A stretch of 64,000 bases of DNA from Nitrospirota bacterium (GTDB taxonomy: Bacteria > Nitrospirota > UBA9217). Numbering within the stretch: the first letter of the stretch is position 1; each line of letters begins with the position of its first letter. The position numbers were made by a program, and so were the translations under genes. The notes under the pieces were generated by a model. The model was not told the DNA's origin, did no database searches, and worked only from the letters and a program-made list of their open reading frames with translations. The DNA is taken from positions 1,952,001-2,016,000 of the forward strand of contig CAWFSF010000006.1 of the NCBI GenBank assembly GCA_963818475.1, in the 5' to 3' direction. Shown one piece after another: positions 10,509 to 22,421 of this stretch.

Positions 10509-12304
10509 CTAGTCTTCCGAACCGATACCGAGATACTCACGGACCTTTACGCCGGCAAACTTGTCCTCTGCAGCCTTCTCAGGCCTCAGGATGGAGACGA
10601 AGAACGCCATGAGGAATGCCGCGGCCATGGAGTAGATGCCGGGATTCTTGAGCGGGAAGATCGGCTTCGGCATGGCTGTGCCTGCTTCCTTCTTCTTTGC
10701 CGCCAGCTGGTCCTTTTCCTGCGTCTTGGCGTCAATGGCAGCCTGCAGTGCCTCGTTCTTCTTCTCGGCAGCCGCCTTTTCCTTCTTCTTCAGTTTGGCG
10801 AGAGCATCAGCAGCGACGACCTGCTTCTGCAGGTCAGCGACCTGGGTGTCACGGCCTGCCATCTGGCCGCATCGATCTCCTTGACCTGCTTGTTTCCACT
10901 TTGGTCTTGTCGTCCTTGTGGATGATGTCGACCCAGACCGTGGGGCTCAGGATGATGAGCACTGATGGCCACGATCATGCCCGTGTAGATGCTCCACACC
11001 GCGCCCGTAGGTCGTCAGTTTCTTCCACATGATGGAAAGGAGCAGCGCCGGGAAGTTCGCGCTTGCGGCGATCGCAAAGGTCAGACCGACCAGGAACGCA
11101 ACGTTCTGGCCTTTGAAGAAGATACCCAGGATGATGGCGCAGATGCCGAGGCGCGACCGTCGCGATCTTGGCGACCTTCACTTCTTCCTTCTCGTTCGCC
11201 ACGCCGCGCCGGATCACGCCCACGAACAGGTCATGGGAAAGCGCCGATGCGCCGGCAAGGGTCAGACCGGAGACCACGGCGAGGATCGTGGCAAAGGCCA
11301 CGGCCGACAGGAAGCCGAGGAAAATGTTGCCGCCCAGCGCCTCGGCGAGCATGCGGGCCGGCCATGTTGCCGCCCTTGTCAATGCCCATGATGGCCTTCT
11401 GGCCCACGAGCACCGCGGCGCCGAAGCCGATGGTCACGGTCAGGATGTAGAAGTAGCCGATGAAGCCGGTGGCCACGAACACGGACTTGCTCGCCTGCTT
11501 GGCGTCGGGCACGGTGTAGAACCGCATCAGGATGTGCGGGAGACCGGCGGTGCCGAACATGAGCGCGAGACCGAGCGAGAAGGCGTCAATGGGGCTCGGT
11601 CACCAGACCGCCCGGTTCGAGGAACTTCGCGCCGTAAAGATTGCTTGCCTGGCCGAAGAGTTCGCCGTAGCTGAATCCGAACTTGGAGAGGGTCAGGATC
11701 ACGAGAAGCGTGGCGCCGCCCAGCAGCAGCACGGCCTTGATGATCTGCACCCAGGTCGTGGCGATCATGCCGCCGAAGAGCACGTAGGAGATCATGAGTG
11801 ATGCCTGTGACGACCATGGCCAGCTCGAAGGGAAGACCGAACATGAGCTTGATCAGGGTGCCGGCGCCGACCATCTGCGCGATCAGGTAGAAGATCACGA
11901 CGACGAGCGAGCCCGTGGCCGCTGCTGCACGGATCGGCCGCTGCTGCAGGCGGTAGGCGACCACGTCGGCAAAGGTGTACTTGCCGAGGTTCCGGAGCGG
12001 CTCCGCGATCAGGAACATGATGATGGGCCAGCCCACGAGCCAGCCCACCGAGTAGATGAGGCCGTCATAGCCCTTTGGTCGACACGAGGCCGGCGATGCC
12101 GAGGAACGAGGCCGCGCTCATGTAGTCGCCGGCAAGGGCCAGTCCGTTCTGGAAACCGGTGATGCTCCTGCCTGCTGCATAGAAATCCTTCGTGGTCCGT
12201 GTCCGCTTGGCCGCCCAGTAGGTGATGCCGAGCGTGCTCAGCACGAACAGGACGAAGAACATAATTGCAATCGGGTTTATCTGTCCAATGATTGTCTGTG
12301 GCAT
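10509..12304 (-). CDS. actP: Cation/acetate symporter ActP (SSS family; frameshifted)
   Basis: [73 protein letters not shown]. Confidence 0.92.
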
Positions 12305-12306
12305 GG

Positions 12307-12620
12307 TTATCCTCCCACCTTTTCTTTGACTTTTTTGACCATGCACATCGTACTTGCTGTTCGCCCACCAGATGTAGATGCCCGGTGAACACCCAGGAAA
12401 GTAGGATGGTGCCCACGGCGATGGGGATGCCGATCGTCATGGCCGAGCCCTCGGAGATCTTCTGCGCCAGGAACGGCTTGTTGAACGCGATCAGGCCGAT
12501 GAACCCGAAGTACAGCACCAGCTCCAGGATCGTCAGGATCCACGAGATAGTGAACTTCTGTCGAGACAGGTCTTTGAAATCCGGATCTTCCAAAATGTCT
12601 TCGTGTTTTAATTTACTCAT
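12307..12620 (-). CDS. DUF485 (YjcH-like) membrane protein (frameshifted)
   Basis: [29 protein letters not shown]; canonical position directly upstream of actP. Confidence 0.85.
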
Positions 12621-12693
12621 GTTCCCTCCTCCTTTTATTTAGCTGCTGTGAGTGTTTAAAAGTTGCCGAACTCGCCTGATCTGTCTGAACTGA

Positions 12694-13361
12694 TCACCTC
12701 CTTCGAATGGCGTTCCTACTCTTAACAAGTTCTCCGATGTCCGTACCCCTGCCTCGGCAAGATAGCGGGATAAAACGCTGAAACAGCTGCGCGGTGGTAA
12801 ATGCGTCCATGATCGCGTTGTGCGCGTCCTGCCACCGGGATATCGAAACATTTGCTGATGTCATACAGCCGGTACCCGGCCGATGGGTGTCGTAAAACAA
12901 TCACGCGCTCGCTGCCGTTTCCGAAGCCATTCATAGATGCTGAACGTGTCCAGCGCGGGGTTCGGCAGCTCGCGTCCATGGATCCGCTTCATCTCCCGGT
13001 TCAGGAACGCCAGGTCGATGGAAATAAAGTGTCCCACCAGAACATCGTTCCCGGCAGAAGTCCAGGAACTCATCAAGCGCCGCTTCGATCCCGGGCTGCT
13101 CGGCCACATCGGACGGCGTGATCTCGTGGATGACCACGCTGTCGGCCTTCAGTTCCGTCTTCGGACTTACCAGCCGGTAGAACTGGTCGCCGAGGTGGAT
13201 CGTGCCGCCCGTCATGCGCACCGCACCAATGGAAACGATGGAATCCTTTTTTTCGTCAAGCCCGGTCAGCTCCGTGTCCACGACCACGAACCGGCATCGC
13301 TGATCGGCGTCTGATTCGTCAACGACAGTCTTCTTTTTCCTATTGAACAAGTCCTAAGCAT
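12694..13361 (-). CDS. DEDDh 3'-5' exonuclease (DnaQ-like; frameshifted)
   Basis: FVVVDTELTGLD..DSIVSIGAV, LVGHFISID, AHNAIMDAFTTAQLF. Confidence 0.85.
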
Positions 13362-13405
13362 GAGCGGCTACACTTTCTGCCGCATTGCGCCTGCTCCGCA
13401 GTTCT

Positions 13406-13431
13406 TATTCCGCAATCCGCATTCCGCAATC
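13406..13431. repeat. Solo heptamer tandem repeat (ATTCCGC/AATCCGC)n
   Basis: TTATTCCGCAATCCGCATTCCGCAATC between the DUF294 and exonuclease genes; same family as 41522/42023. Confidence 0.6.
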
Positions 13432-13438
13432 GCCTCTC

Positions 13439-15395
13439 CTACCAGATCAGCGACTTGTACCGTTCGATGATCAGGTCCTGCACCTTTGCAGACAAGCTGG
13501 AAGGCCTCTTTGATCGACCGTTTTTCGAGGTTGCTCAGCCGGTTCGGATTGATGAAATTGTCCGGGGCCCGCCCGAGCTGATCTGCGCATACTGGTGATG
13601 GATCCGAAGCAGCGTGATGAACTCGAAGGCCTGCTCCAGTTCGTCGGCGTATTCCTCCACAATCGTATGCATTGCCCCGCAGCGCCTCGATCCGCTCCAG
13701 CGTCGAGGTCTCCCGGACGCCCTTCTCGAGGGCGAAGAGCCGCACGATGTCCACGAGCGGCGCGATCCCCTTGATCTTGAGGTTCAGCTCGTCCTTGTGC
13801 TCGCCGTCCTTCTCCACGACAAAGGACTTGAAGAACCCGATGGGCGGCTGGTTCTTGATCGCCATGTTCGCCAGGTAGCCGAGGAACACCTTCTGGTCCT
13901 TCAGTAGCGCAGTGCAGATGGTCCCGGAGCTGCTTCGGCAAGCAGGCGAGCTCGCCCGTAGAGGGGCCGGAAATCGAAGAAAGCCACGGAGTTGCAGGAT
14001 CGCCTCCGCCGTCGGCGTGGCGATCCAGGTGGAAAAATATTTTTTCCAGGCCCTGAGCGGCTGGCACCACTGGGGATTGCTCGCCATGTAGTTTGCCGGG
14101 CAGGGCGGGAAACCCGCACTGCAGCAGGCTGTCGCGCACGAACTCGGCGAAAGCGGCGAAATAGCTTCCGGGCCGCCTCGGCCTCGGCCGCGGTTGTCCG
14201 GGTCGGCATAGATGATGCGCGTTGTCCTGGTCCGTCTTGAAGGTCTGCTCCTTGCGGCCCTCGCTCCCGAACACGATCCAGCAGTAGGCCACGGGCGGCT
14301 TGCCGAGCTTCCGCTCGGCGAACTCGAGCACCTTGCGCACCAGGCGGTCGTTGATCTCGGTGATGACCTTCGTGATGTTGCTCGCCTTGGCGCCTTCCTT
14401 CAGCAGGAGGCCGACGATGCTGTTGATCTTCCTCGAGACCGGGACGAGCCCGTCGATGGTCTGCTGGCTCTCGATGTCCTTGGTAAGCGAGAGCGGCGAC
14501 GTGCCCTGGAGCATCATCAGGTCGTGGTTCGTGATCACGCCCGTAAGCTTGCCGTCCTTGATCACGAGGATATGGTGGATATTGTACTTGATCATCTTGA
14601 GCACGGCTTCGAAGCAGTAGTCCCGGGCATCGACGCGGATGAGCGGTCGCGCTCATGATGTTCTTCACCGGATCCTGAACGTCCGCTGCCCCGGGCCACC
14701 ACCTTCTCGCGCAGGTCCCGGTCGGTCACGATGCCCGACGGGCAGATTGTTCCGGTCGATGATCGATGATGGAGCTGATCCGGTTCTCGGACATGATCTG
14801 CGCCGCTTCCCGGATGGACGGTTCTCCTCGCGCGGTCAGACCACGTCCTTGATCCCCATGTCCCCGACCCGGGTGGTGAACAGGAGACGGTCGCTGCCGC
14901 CGTAGAACATGCTCTTGTCCTGCATTTCCCGGTAGGTCCGGTCGATGTACTTGGTGATGTGGGACTTGAGAAAGTACTCGGTGAAGGACAGGTGCGAATC
15001 GAGGAGCTTCAGGAACAGTTCCTTGCCCAGCAGGTAGCAGATGCGTGTCTTCCACGGCCGTGATGTTCGACCGGATCCGGTCCTTGCCCACGAGCGACAG
15101 GAACCCGAAGGTATCGCCCTCGCCCCGGTAGTCGATGACGACCTCGTCGCCGTCCTCGGAGACCATGGACACCTTGACGCCGCCCTTCTTGATGATCCGG
15201 AGCGCGTCGCTGGGCGGACCGTCCTGCTTCAGGATGACCGTGTCCTTGGGGTAAAACTCCATGGACAGGTTCCGGGCCAACAGACTGCAGGTTCGCTTCG
15301 TCAAGGAACTGGAACGGCGGGACCTTCTTCAGAAAGGCGACCACGTCTTCCAGGATGACATTGTTGCCGTGATTCGACGGAGTAACAGGTATCAT
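13439..15395 (-). CDS. cNMP-binding + CBS pair + DUF294 putative nucleotidyltransferase (frameshifted)
   Basis: FLKKVPPFQFL, cNMP-type IIKKGGV..GDTFG, CBS segments, GSEGRKEQTFKTDQDN, MASNPQW, FFDFR, NLKIKGIAPLVD..R. Confidence 0.88.
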
Positions 15396-15866
15396 GTATA
15401 CTATTTAAGCAAATTAAATACCAGTTCACGCAGATTCTAGAAACAATTGCGTTCGGGACGCAGGCCTGTCCTTTGCGGCAACCTGTTTGGGTTGATTATG
15501 AACAAGATGAGTTAATTACGCTGTATACTGGAAACTGGCAGCGACATGATAAATCATAATTAAATCGAGAGTTTTTTGTGCAATAGCGTGTTTAAGGAAG
15601 GAGGCACGGCAGGGTTATAGCGCATACACATAAAGTTGTAGTTATAGAAAATTACATTCTATAAATAGACACTTAGGTGAAATATTTTTATTACCTTCAT
15701 TTGGATTACCGTGGCGCACATCTGTTTTTCGATGCCAGTGTAACTAATGGTAATCACCAGAAGAATGGACAGGATACAATAAGTAACCGGACAGGAGGAC
15801 ACATAAAATTCGCACGTTGTTGCAGACCAAAAACAGTTCCAGGCACTAATGGTTTTTCCTTAACCG

Positions 15867-16457
15867 CTACGTTCCTGCTTTATACTTCTTTACGGCCATT
15901 TGCACTGCTTTGCCCGCATCCCGCTTAAGCCAGAAAACACAAAAGACCGATGCAGCAATCACCACAACAGCAAGACCCTTTTCACCGCGTTGGATCATCG
16001 CGATCGCACCGCTGAGAAGAAAGATCATAAAACCAAGAGGGATGAATATTCTTGAGAGGATCTCTTTGACCGGAGAAAGGTTCCTGTAGCATGCCCGCGC
16101 ATCAGCGGGCCTTCCCATTTTTTCGTAGAGATCTCCCAGACCGAACCAGAGCGCATTATTCTGCGGATCCGCCTTGGTCACCCGTTCGTAATAGGTGAGC
16201 GCCCTCGCGGGATCGATGTCGTGAAGCTGCAGGGCAAGACGGCTCCAGAGGGTGTACCGGTTCCCCGACTTCCCGTAATGCTGTTCTGCAGCATCGGCCC
16301 TCCCCGTCTCTTCGAGGATCACTGCTTTCATGAACTGTCCCCGGTGAAAATCAGGATGAGAGAGAATAAGCCCATCCACCAGCTTCTCAGCTGCTTCATA
16401 TTCCTTTTTTTCATAATGCGCGATTATCTGGTTCAGCAGTCTGGTGATAGACTCCAT
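15867..16457 (-). CDS. TPR-repeat protein with two C-terminal TM helices
   Basis: Helical TPR-like repeats (ALTYYERVTKADPQNNALWFGLGDLYEKMG); strong GGAGGAGG RBS. Confidence 0.75.
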   Translation of the reverse strand: MESITRLLNQIIAHYEKKEYEAAEKLVDGLILSHPDFHRGQFMKAVILEETGRADAAEQHYGKSGNRYTLWSRLALQLHDIDPARALTYYERVTKADPQNNALWFGLGDLYEKMGRPADARACYRNLSPVKEILSRIFIPLGFMIFLLSGAIAMIQRGEKGLAVVVIAASVFCVFWLKRDAGKAVQMAVKKYKAGT

Positions 16458-16742
16458 GATTCCTCCTCCTCTAATCTAAAAAACCTTTGGACATGGAAAA
16501 ATATGGATGAACGCCTGATAAGCGGATGATCCCGGACGGGCAAATATCCCTTGCGCGTGAAACCGCATCGGTAGGAGAACGGGGAGAAGACTGCTCATGA
16601 ATCTCCCTCAGGCAGGGCAGCATAGGCTTCGTGAAGGTCTCCTGTGTTTAAAGGCGAGATACTTCTGATCCCTGACGAGCTGCAAACCACAACTTTCGTG
16701 CCGATCATGAGACCTCCAGAGCAGGAAGTAAGCAGGTGGGTA

Positions 16743-16771
16743 GATATACCATGGGCAAGAGAGAATGTCAA
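16743..16771 (-). promoter_or_regulatory. sigma70-like promoter about 280 nt upstream of the TPR gene
   Basis: TTGACA (16771-16766), 17 bp, TATATC (16748-16743). Confidence 0.55.
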
Positions 16772-16886
16772 TTTAGCATTGGGCTCCGGTCAGAAGCAAT
16801 CTCGTATTTCCTATCTGCCGGATGAATTGAAGTGCCGCGTCGCCGTTCCTCGCAAGAACCGTTAGGGGGATTTTTTCGAGACCACA

Positions 16887-18474
16887 CTATTGGGCGCTTT
16901 GAACAATATCCAGTTCCTTTTCATAGACAGATGTTTCAATTTCCATAAAGCCCAATATCGTGTGAAAAACGTTATTATGAGTGTACTTTTTGTCCCTTTT
17001 TTTTATCAGTGAGCTCACCGTTGCTTCACTAAAATTCTTTCCGAACCACATAATGGCCGGGATCCGCCGTTGCGCATCGGGCGCGATAAATGTCGGCATA
17101 CCATGAAGATAAACACCATTCTCACCCAAGGACTCGCCGTGATCACTGACATAGAACATGGCAGGTTCAAATTTCGCGTTGTTTTTCTTAAGCAGCCCGA
17201 TCACCTTGGACAAGAAATAATCCGTATATAAAATGGCGTTATCATAGGCATTATCTATTTCGTCCATAGTGCAATCTTCCAATTGATTCGTCCCGCAGGC
17301 GGGTAAAAATTTTTCAAACGCGGGCGGATATCTTTTGTAATATGCCGGTCCATGATTGCCCATTTGATGGAGAACGATAAAAATATCACCGTGTCGATGT
17401 TCGTCGATATATTTCTGGAGATGAGACAGCATTCCCTCGTCCCTGCATTCCACATCACAGATCGGGTTGTTTTCCGCTATTTTATAGTTTTCATAAGCAA
17501 CCCTCAAAGCCACGCCATGTGAGTCCGAATTATTGTCCAACCAGAGCACATTAACACCGGCGTGCCGCAATACATCAAGCAGATTCTCGGTTCCCTGTGC
17601 CTTTGCATCATTGTATTCGGATTCATTATAAATAGAAAACATGCAGGGAACAGAAACGGCGGTCGATGTACCGCAAGCCCAATAGTTGGTAAAACTAATC
17701 ACCTCTTCTTTTTTTAACAAGGGATTGGTTTCTCTTTTATATCCATTCAGAGAAAACCTGTCTGCCCTTGCCGTTTCTCCGACAACGAAAATTATCAATT
17801 CCCGTTCACTGTCCGTCGGAAGGATTTTGGCATCGGTCCCGACTTGTATCAAAGGAAGGCTGTCTTTTTTGCTCAGCGCATGTACATATTTCGCGGTAGC
17901 GTAAAGGTAACTGGAAGGGTTTGCATAATATCGCAATGGCTTATGCTCCCTGAAAAAAGATGCGTAAAAACTGCCGAAAATCAGCACCACTGAAATGGCC
18001 GTCACGAGAGCGAGTAAAAATAATTTGGCCCTTGAAGCGACCTCTCGCAGTGGGCCTTCAAATTTGACATTCACGTTATATACGAATAGTGATGGGATGA
18101 TGCCTAACAAGGTGACGTACAAAATCAGTTTAAGCGTGATCAAATCCCGAGTTTCTGCCATGTCGGTATTGACAAGATTTTGTATCATGGTGCTGTCTAT
18201 AATCACGTTATAACTATCCATGAAGTAGCTGGCAAAAGAAGAAAATAAAAGGATTATTATTAAAACCGGCTTGATGGTATGCTTATAGCAGACTAACGAG
18301 AGCAGGAGAACAGGAATGCTGCCAAAGACAAGGACCAAAGAACCCAGAAATGCGATATTCTTCAGATTAGCGGGATAAATCTCGGTAACATTTGGAAAAA
18401 AACGTTAAATTATCAGCGGTAATCAAAAAAATGGCAGCGAGAATGATAAGTTTAAAACTGGTAATTTCTTTCAT
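16887..18474 (-). CDS. eptA: Lipid A phosphoethanolamine transferase (5' frameshift near 18400)
   Basis: VVGETARAD, CGTSTAVSVPCMFS, LHQMGNHGPAYYKRYP, YDNAILYTD, SDHGESLGENGVYLHG; N-terminal TM domain. Confidence 0.92.
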
Positions 18475-18583
18475 AAGTATTAAAAAATAATGCCTTCCCG
18501 GAACGAACCGCCCCGTAGCAAGCTAGGGGGTATCGTGGATTTTAACGGTGACCTATATGCTTGGCTCACTGCTTTTCATAGGA

Positions 18584-18752
18584 TTATCTTTTGTTGTTCT
18601 TTTTTTGGTCGTTCTGTTCATCCGGCTTTTCGTCCCTTCTACAGAAGGGATCAGGGCCGGGTCCTCAGCCCATGCCGAAATGGTTCTTCACGATCCCGAG
18701 TGACCGCGAAGAACAGAATGCCGACAATAATATTGATCGTTTGTTCCGACAT
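18584..18752 (-). CDS. Small membrane protein, possibly UGA-recoded (needs one indel)
   Basis: AAGGAGG RBS; MSEQTINIIVGILFFAV, then in a shifted frame LGIVKNHFGMG-TGA-GPGPDPFCRR..KNNKR*. Confidence 0.35.
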
Positions 18753-18994
18753 AGTGTTTTCATCCTCCTTTACCAGCAAGATCAGATCATTGTAACTCTT
18801 TTTGGTCCGGCCATGCAATATGTTAAACGCGTACTGCTGAGGGATTTCCAGAGGTGCTGCATTGTGGACAACGAGGCATATTGTCGAGGGCGGGCGTTTT
18901 TGCTGGCGGGGTTCCAGCAGGAACTCCCCTCCCGCATGACAAAAACGTCACGGGGAGGGTGAAGCATTGGGCAGAACCACTCGGGACCGGACTC

Positions 18995-19674
18995 TTACTC
19001 CTTGAACCGCGTTTCTTCCTTCTGTATCCGTTCAAGGTTTTCTTTGCGGGTCTTGCAGGCGATGCAGAAACGGGCCAGGGGATTGACCTCAAGCCTTTTG
19101 ATGTCGATCTCCTCGCCGCACTCTTCACAGAGGCCGAAGCTGACATTTTCGAGCTTGCGGAAGGCATCGGCAATGTCCTTGTACTGCTCATACTTCATTT
19201 CCAGGAGCGAATAGTCCATCCCCTGCTCAACATCGTGGGAGGACATGTCGGCGCTGTCCATGGCGGAATCCACTTTCTGGCCTGATTCGGTCGTCAATTT
19301 GCGGCCGATCCTCGCCTCGATCCCCGTCGACGACCTCGTTCCGCTTTTTCAGCAGGATCGCTTTTAAGAGCGCATAGCGCTTCTTCGTGGCCGGCGACAG
19401 ATGCGCCGCATCTTCCTTCGGGCTCGGCCGTGGTCGTTTTCTTCGCCGGTTTGGCTGCTTTCGCTGCCTTCCTGGCAACTGCCTTCCTGACCACACGTTT
19501 GACGGTCTTTTTTGCCGCTTTTTTCGCCACGGCTTTTTTCGCCTTCTTTTTTACGGGTTTCGCTGCCGGCTTCTTCACTGTTTTTTTGGCAGTTTTCTTT
19601 TTCGCTGCCTTCTTGGGCCTGGCAACGGCAGGTTTCTTTTTTTTGGCTCCCTTTTTTACCGCCATAATGTTCAC
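18995..19674 (-). CDS. dksA: DksA/TraR C4 zinc-finger protein with Lys/Ala-rich N-terminus (frameshifted)
   Basis: DSADMS coiled-coil tip, FGLCEECGEEIDIKRLEVNPLARFCIACK; N-terminal KKAAKK repeats. Confidence 0.8.
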
Positions 19675-19972
19675 TACCTCCTGACCAGAGTAGGACTTCC
19701 GGAAACTGCCGGCCGGAATATCCTCATTCCCGCATCCATATTGGTAGTGATTATAGATGCGTCTCTGACTAAATTCAAGACAATTTGTGACAGACTGAAA
19801 ATAAATATGACGATCCCGGTGAAATAGCTGTTTTAGGCCTGTTCATCGGAATAACGGCATCTCATGCGGGGCCAGGTCACGAGCAAGGCAAGGTCTAGCC
19901 ATTTTCGCCTGTTTCTGTTATTATTGAACAATGAACTTTTCAAATCGAGGAACAGGTCAGGACAGACGCTCA

Positions 19973-22218
19973 ATGGCTTATAGATCATTATTACTGCTCT
20001 CGCTGCTCGTGGTATTCCAGACAGGCTGCGTTACCGGAGCGGCGAGATCGCCCTCCCTTGCCGCCGGTGCCGGAGATCAACAGCAGTGACTGCCGACGAG
20101 GCATTGAAAAGACTCGGGGATCAAGGACCTCAAGGCCTTTTTTGCCGATCCCGTTGTGCAGGATATCCTGGGAAAAGACTGGACGCATCGCAAGCAGGCG
20201 CTGCTCGATTATGGGGCGTTCGTCCATGCCGGGAACGAGACCCCGCTCAGCGCATTTGCCGGAGGCACTGACCCGGCCTCAGCGGCCCAGTTCAAAGGCA
20301 AGGCCGCCCTGGTCTTCCACCTCCTCAAGACCATGATCAAGGAAGAGGCCTTCTCCCGTGCCGTTGCGAAGCTCAGTGAGGAGCAGCCGTCAGGACAGCT
20401 CTCCTGGGACGACATCCGGGTGGTCTTTGAAAAAGAGAGCGGCCAGGACCTGGGCTGGTTCTTTACCCAGTGGATCGGCCGCAAAGGGCTGCCCGACCTG
20501 CATGCGGAAAATCCAGACCATGCGAAGGAGCGGCAGCAGGTTCGAAGTGAGCTTCGAGGTGCTCCAGAAGAACGGGGTATATATCCTGGACCTGCCCGTG
20601 ACCGTATCCTTCCAGCGGGGAGGAGTACGACGGAGAAGATCAGGCTCGACGAAGAACGAAAGAAGATCACCCTGACCTTTGATGACGAACCGCTTTCGCT
20701 CGTGATCGACCGGGACTATGACCTCCCGCGGCATGCTCACTGATGACGAGACGCCGCCGCTGCTCGCAACGCTCCTGGGCGACGAACACCCTATCGTGGT
20801 GCTGCCGGTCTCGCAGCCGGACGTTTACCAGGACCTGCGCGAGCTGTTCAAGAAACAGGGCGCCGAAGAGCGGAAAGCAGACAGTCTCCGCGACGAGGAC
20901 ATCAGGCGGTCATCGCTCGTGCTGCTCGGAAGCGACAACCCCGTCATAGGCAGGCTCTTTGGGCGGATGGACGCGGGGATCGCCGACGCTGCCGTGGTGG
21001 TGAAAAAGAATCCCTTGAACCATGACAAGGTGGCGCTTCTGGTCCAGGCGCGGTCAGGCACACGCAGCTGCGGTCGCAGCACAGGAACTCGCCCGCTACG
21101 GCGCATCGAGCACGATCCGGTTCAACAGGAACATAACGGCGCAGACAGCAGACTCCGAAAGGGGGATCATCATGGAACTGGGACAAGAGGCCCTGGTCAT
21201 CGACCTGTCGCTGCTCAAGACGATGGCCGCCGTGATCGACGGCGCAGCACGGGAAAAAGATCGTCTATGTGGGGGAATATCACGACCGCTTCGCGCACCA
21301 CAACGTGCAGCTCCAGGTCATCAAAAGCCTCCACCAGAAGGACCCGAAGCTCGCCATCGGCATGGAGATGTTCCAGCGGCCCTTCCAGAAAACGCTGGAC
21401 GACTACCTGGGCGGCGCCATCGACGAACGCGAGTTCCTGAAGCAGTCGGAATACTTCAAGCGATGGGTCTTCGACTACAACCTGTACAAACCGATCCTCG
21501 ATTACGCCCGCGCCGAGAAGATCCCCGTCGTCGCCCTGAACCTCACGCGCGAGATCGTCGAAAAGGTGTCCAAAAGCGGCATGGACGCGCTCTCCGATGA
21601 TGAGAAGAAGGCGCTGCCGCTGCAGATGGACTTCTCCGATGACGACTATCGCGGCCGGCTGAAGCAGGTCTTCAGCCAGCACAAAAGTGCCGCGACCGGA
21701 GCTTCGACTTCTTCTACCAGGCGCAGATCCTGTGGGACGAGACCATGGCGGAATCCATCGACCGGTACCTGAAGCAGCACCCGGACCTCCGCATGGTCGT
21801 CCTGGCAGGCGGCGGCCACATCGCCTTCGAATCGGGCATTCCGCTGCGCGCCTTCCGCAGGAACAGCTACCCCTATGTGACGATCCTGAACGATGCGGAC
21901 ATCGAACCGGGAGCCGCGAACTATATCGTCTACCCCCAGCCGCTGGACGGCCTTACCGCGCCGCGCCTCATGGTGTCGCTCAAGGAGCAGGACGGCCGGT
22001 TGAACATCGTTGATTTTCAGGAAGGGAGCGTTGCGAAGCAGGCGGGGCTCAAAGCAGGCGACACCATCATCTCCGTTGACAATTCGGCCATCAGCACCGT
22101 GGAGGACCTGAAGCTTCTGCTCTTCTACAAAAAGAAGGGCGATGCCCTTGCGGTCAAGGTCGTGCGAAAGCGCTTCCTGCTTGGCGATAAAGAGATGGAA
22201 TTCACGGTAACGCTGTAG
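19973..22218 (+). CDS. Lipoprotein with partial M1-aminopeptidase-like region, ChaN domain and C-terminal PDZ (frameshifted)
   Basis: Lipobox FQTGC; KGKAALVFHLLK..DLGWFFTQWIGRKGLP; GEYHD..H..QL, IGMEMF, LWDETMA, LAGGGH; GSVAKQAGLKAGDTIISVD. Confidence 0.75.
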
Positions 22219-22244
22219 CGCTGCTCGGACACACCTGAACATAA

Positions 22245-22351
22245 TTTGCCACGAAGACACGAAGGCACAAAGAACAACGAACACCGTAATAAGGCGTTGT
22301 TTTACAGTTCAGATTAAAGCACACTTCGTGTCTTCGTGCCTTCGTGGCAAA
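22245..22351. repeat. 8-mer-period inverted repeat (empty)
   Basis: TTTGCCACGAAGACACGAAGGCACAAAG vs CTTCGTGTCTTCGTGCCTTCGTGGCAAA. Confidence 0.75.
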
Positions 22352-22421
22352 ATTTTTTATGATCTTATCGCGTATGACGTGCATCATAGAAAGAGTAGTT
22401 GCACAGGAGTATAGTTCACCC

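Noticed and set aside
16665-16705. Hammerhead ribozyme suggested by CTGACGA
   Set aside because: The required GAAA does not follow stem II on the same strand.
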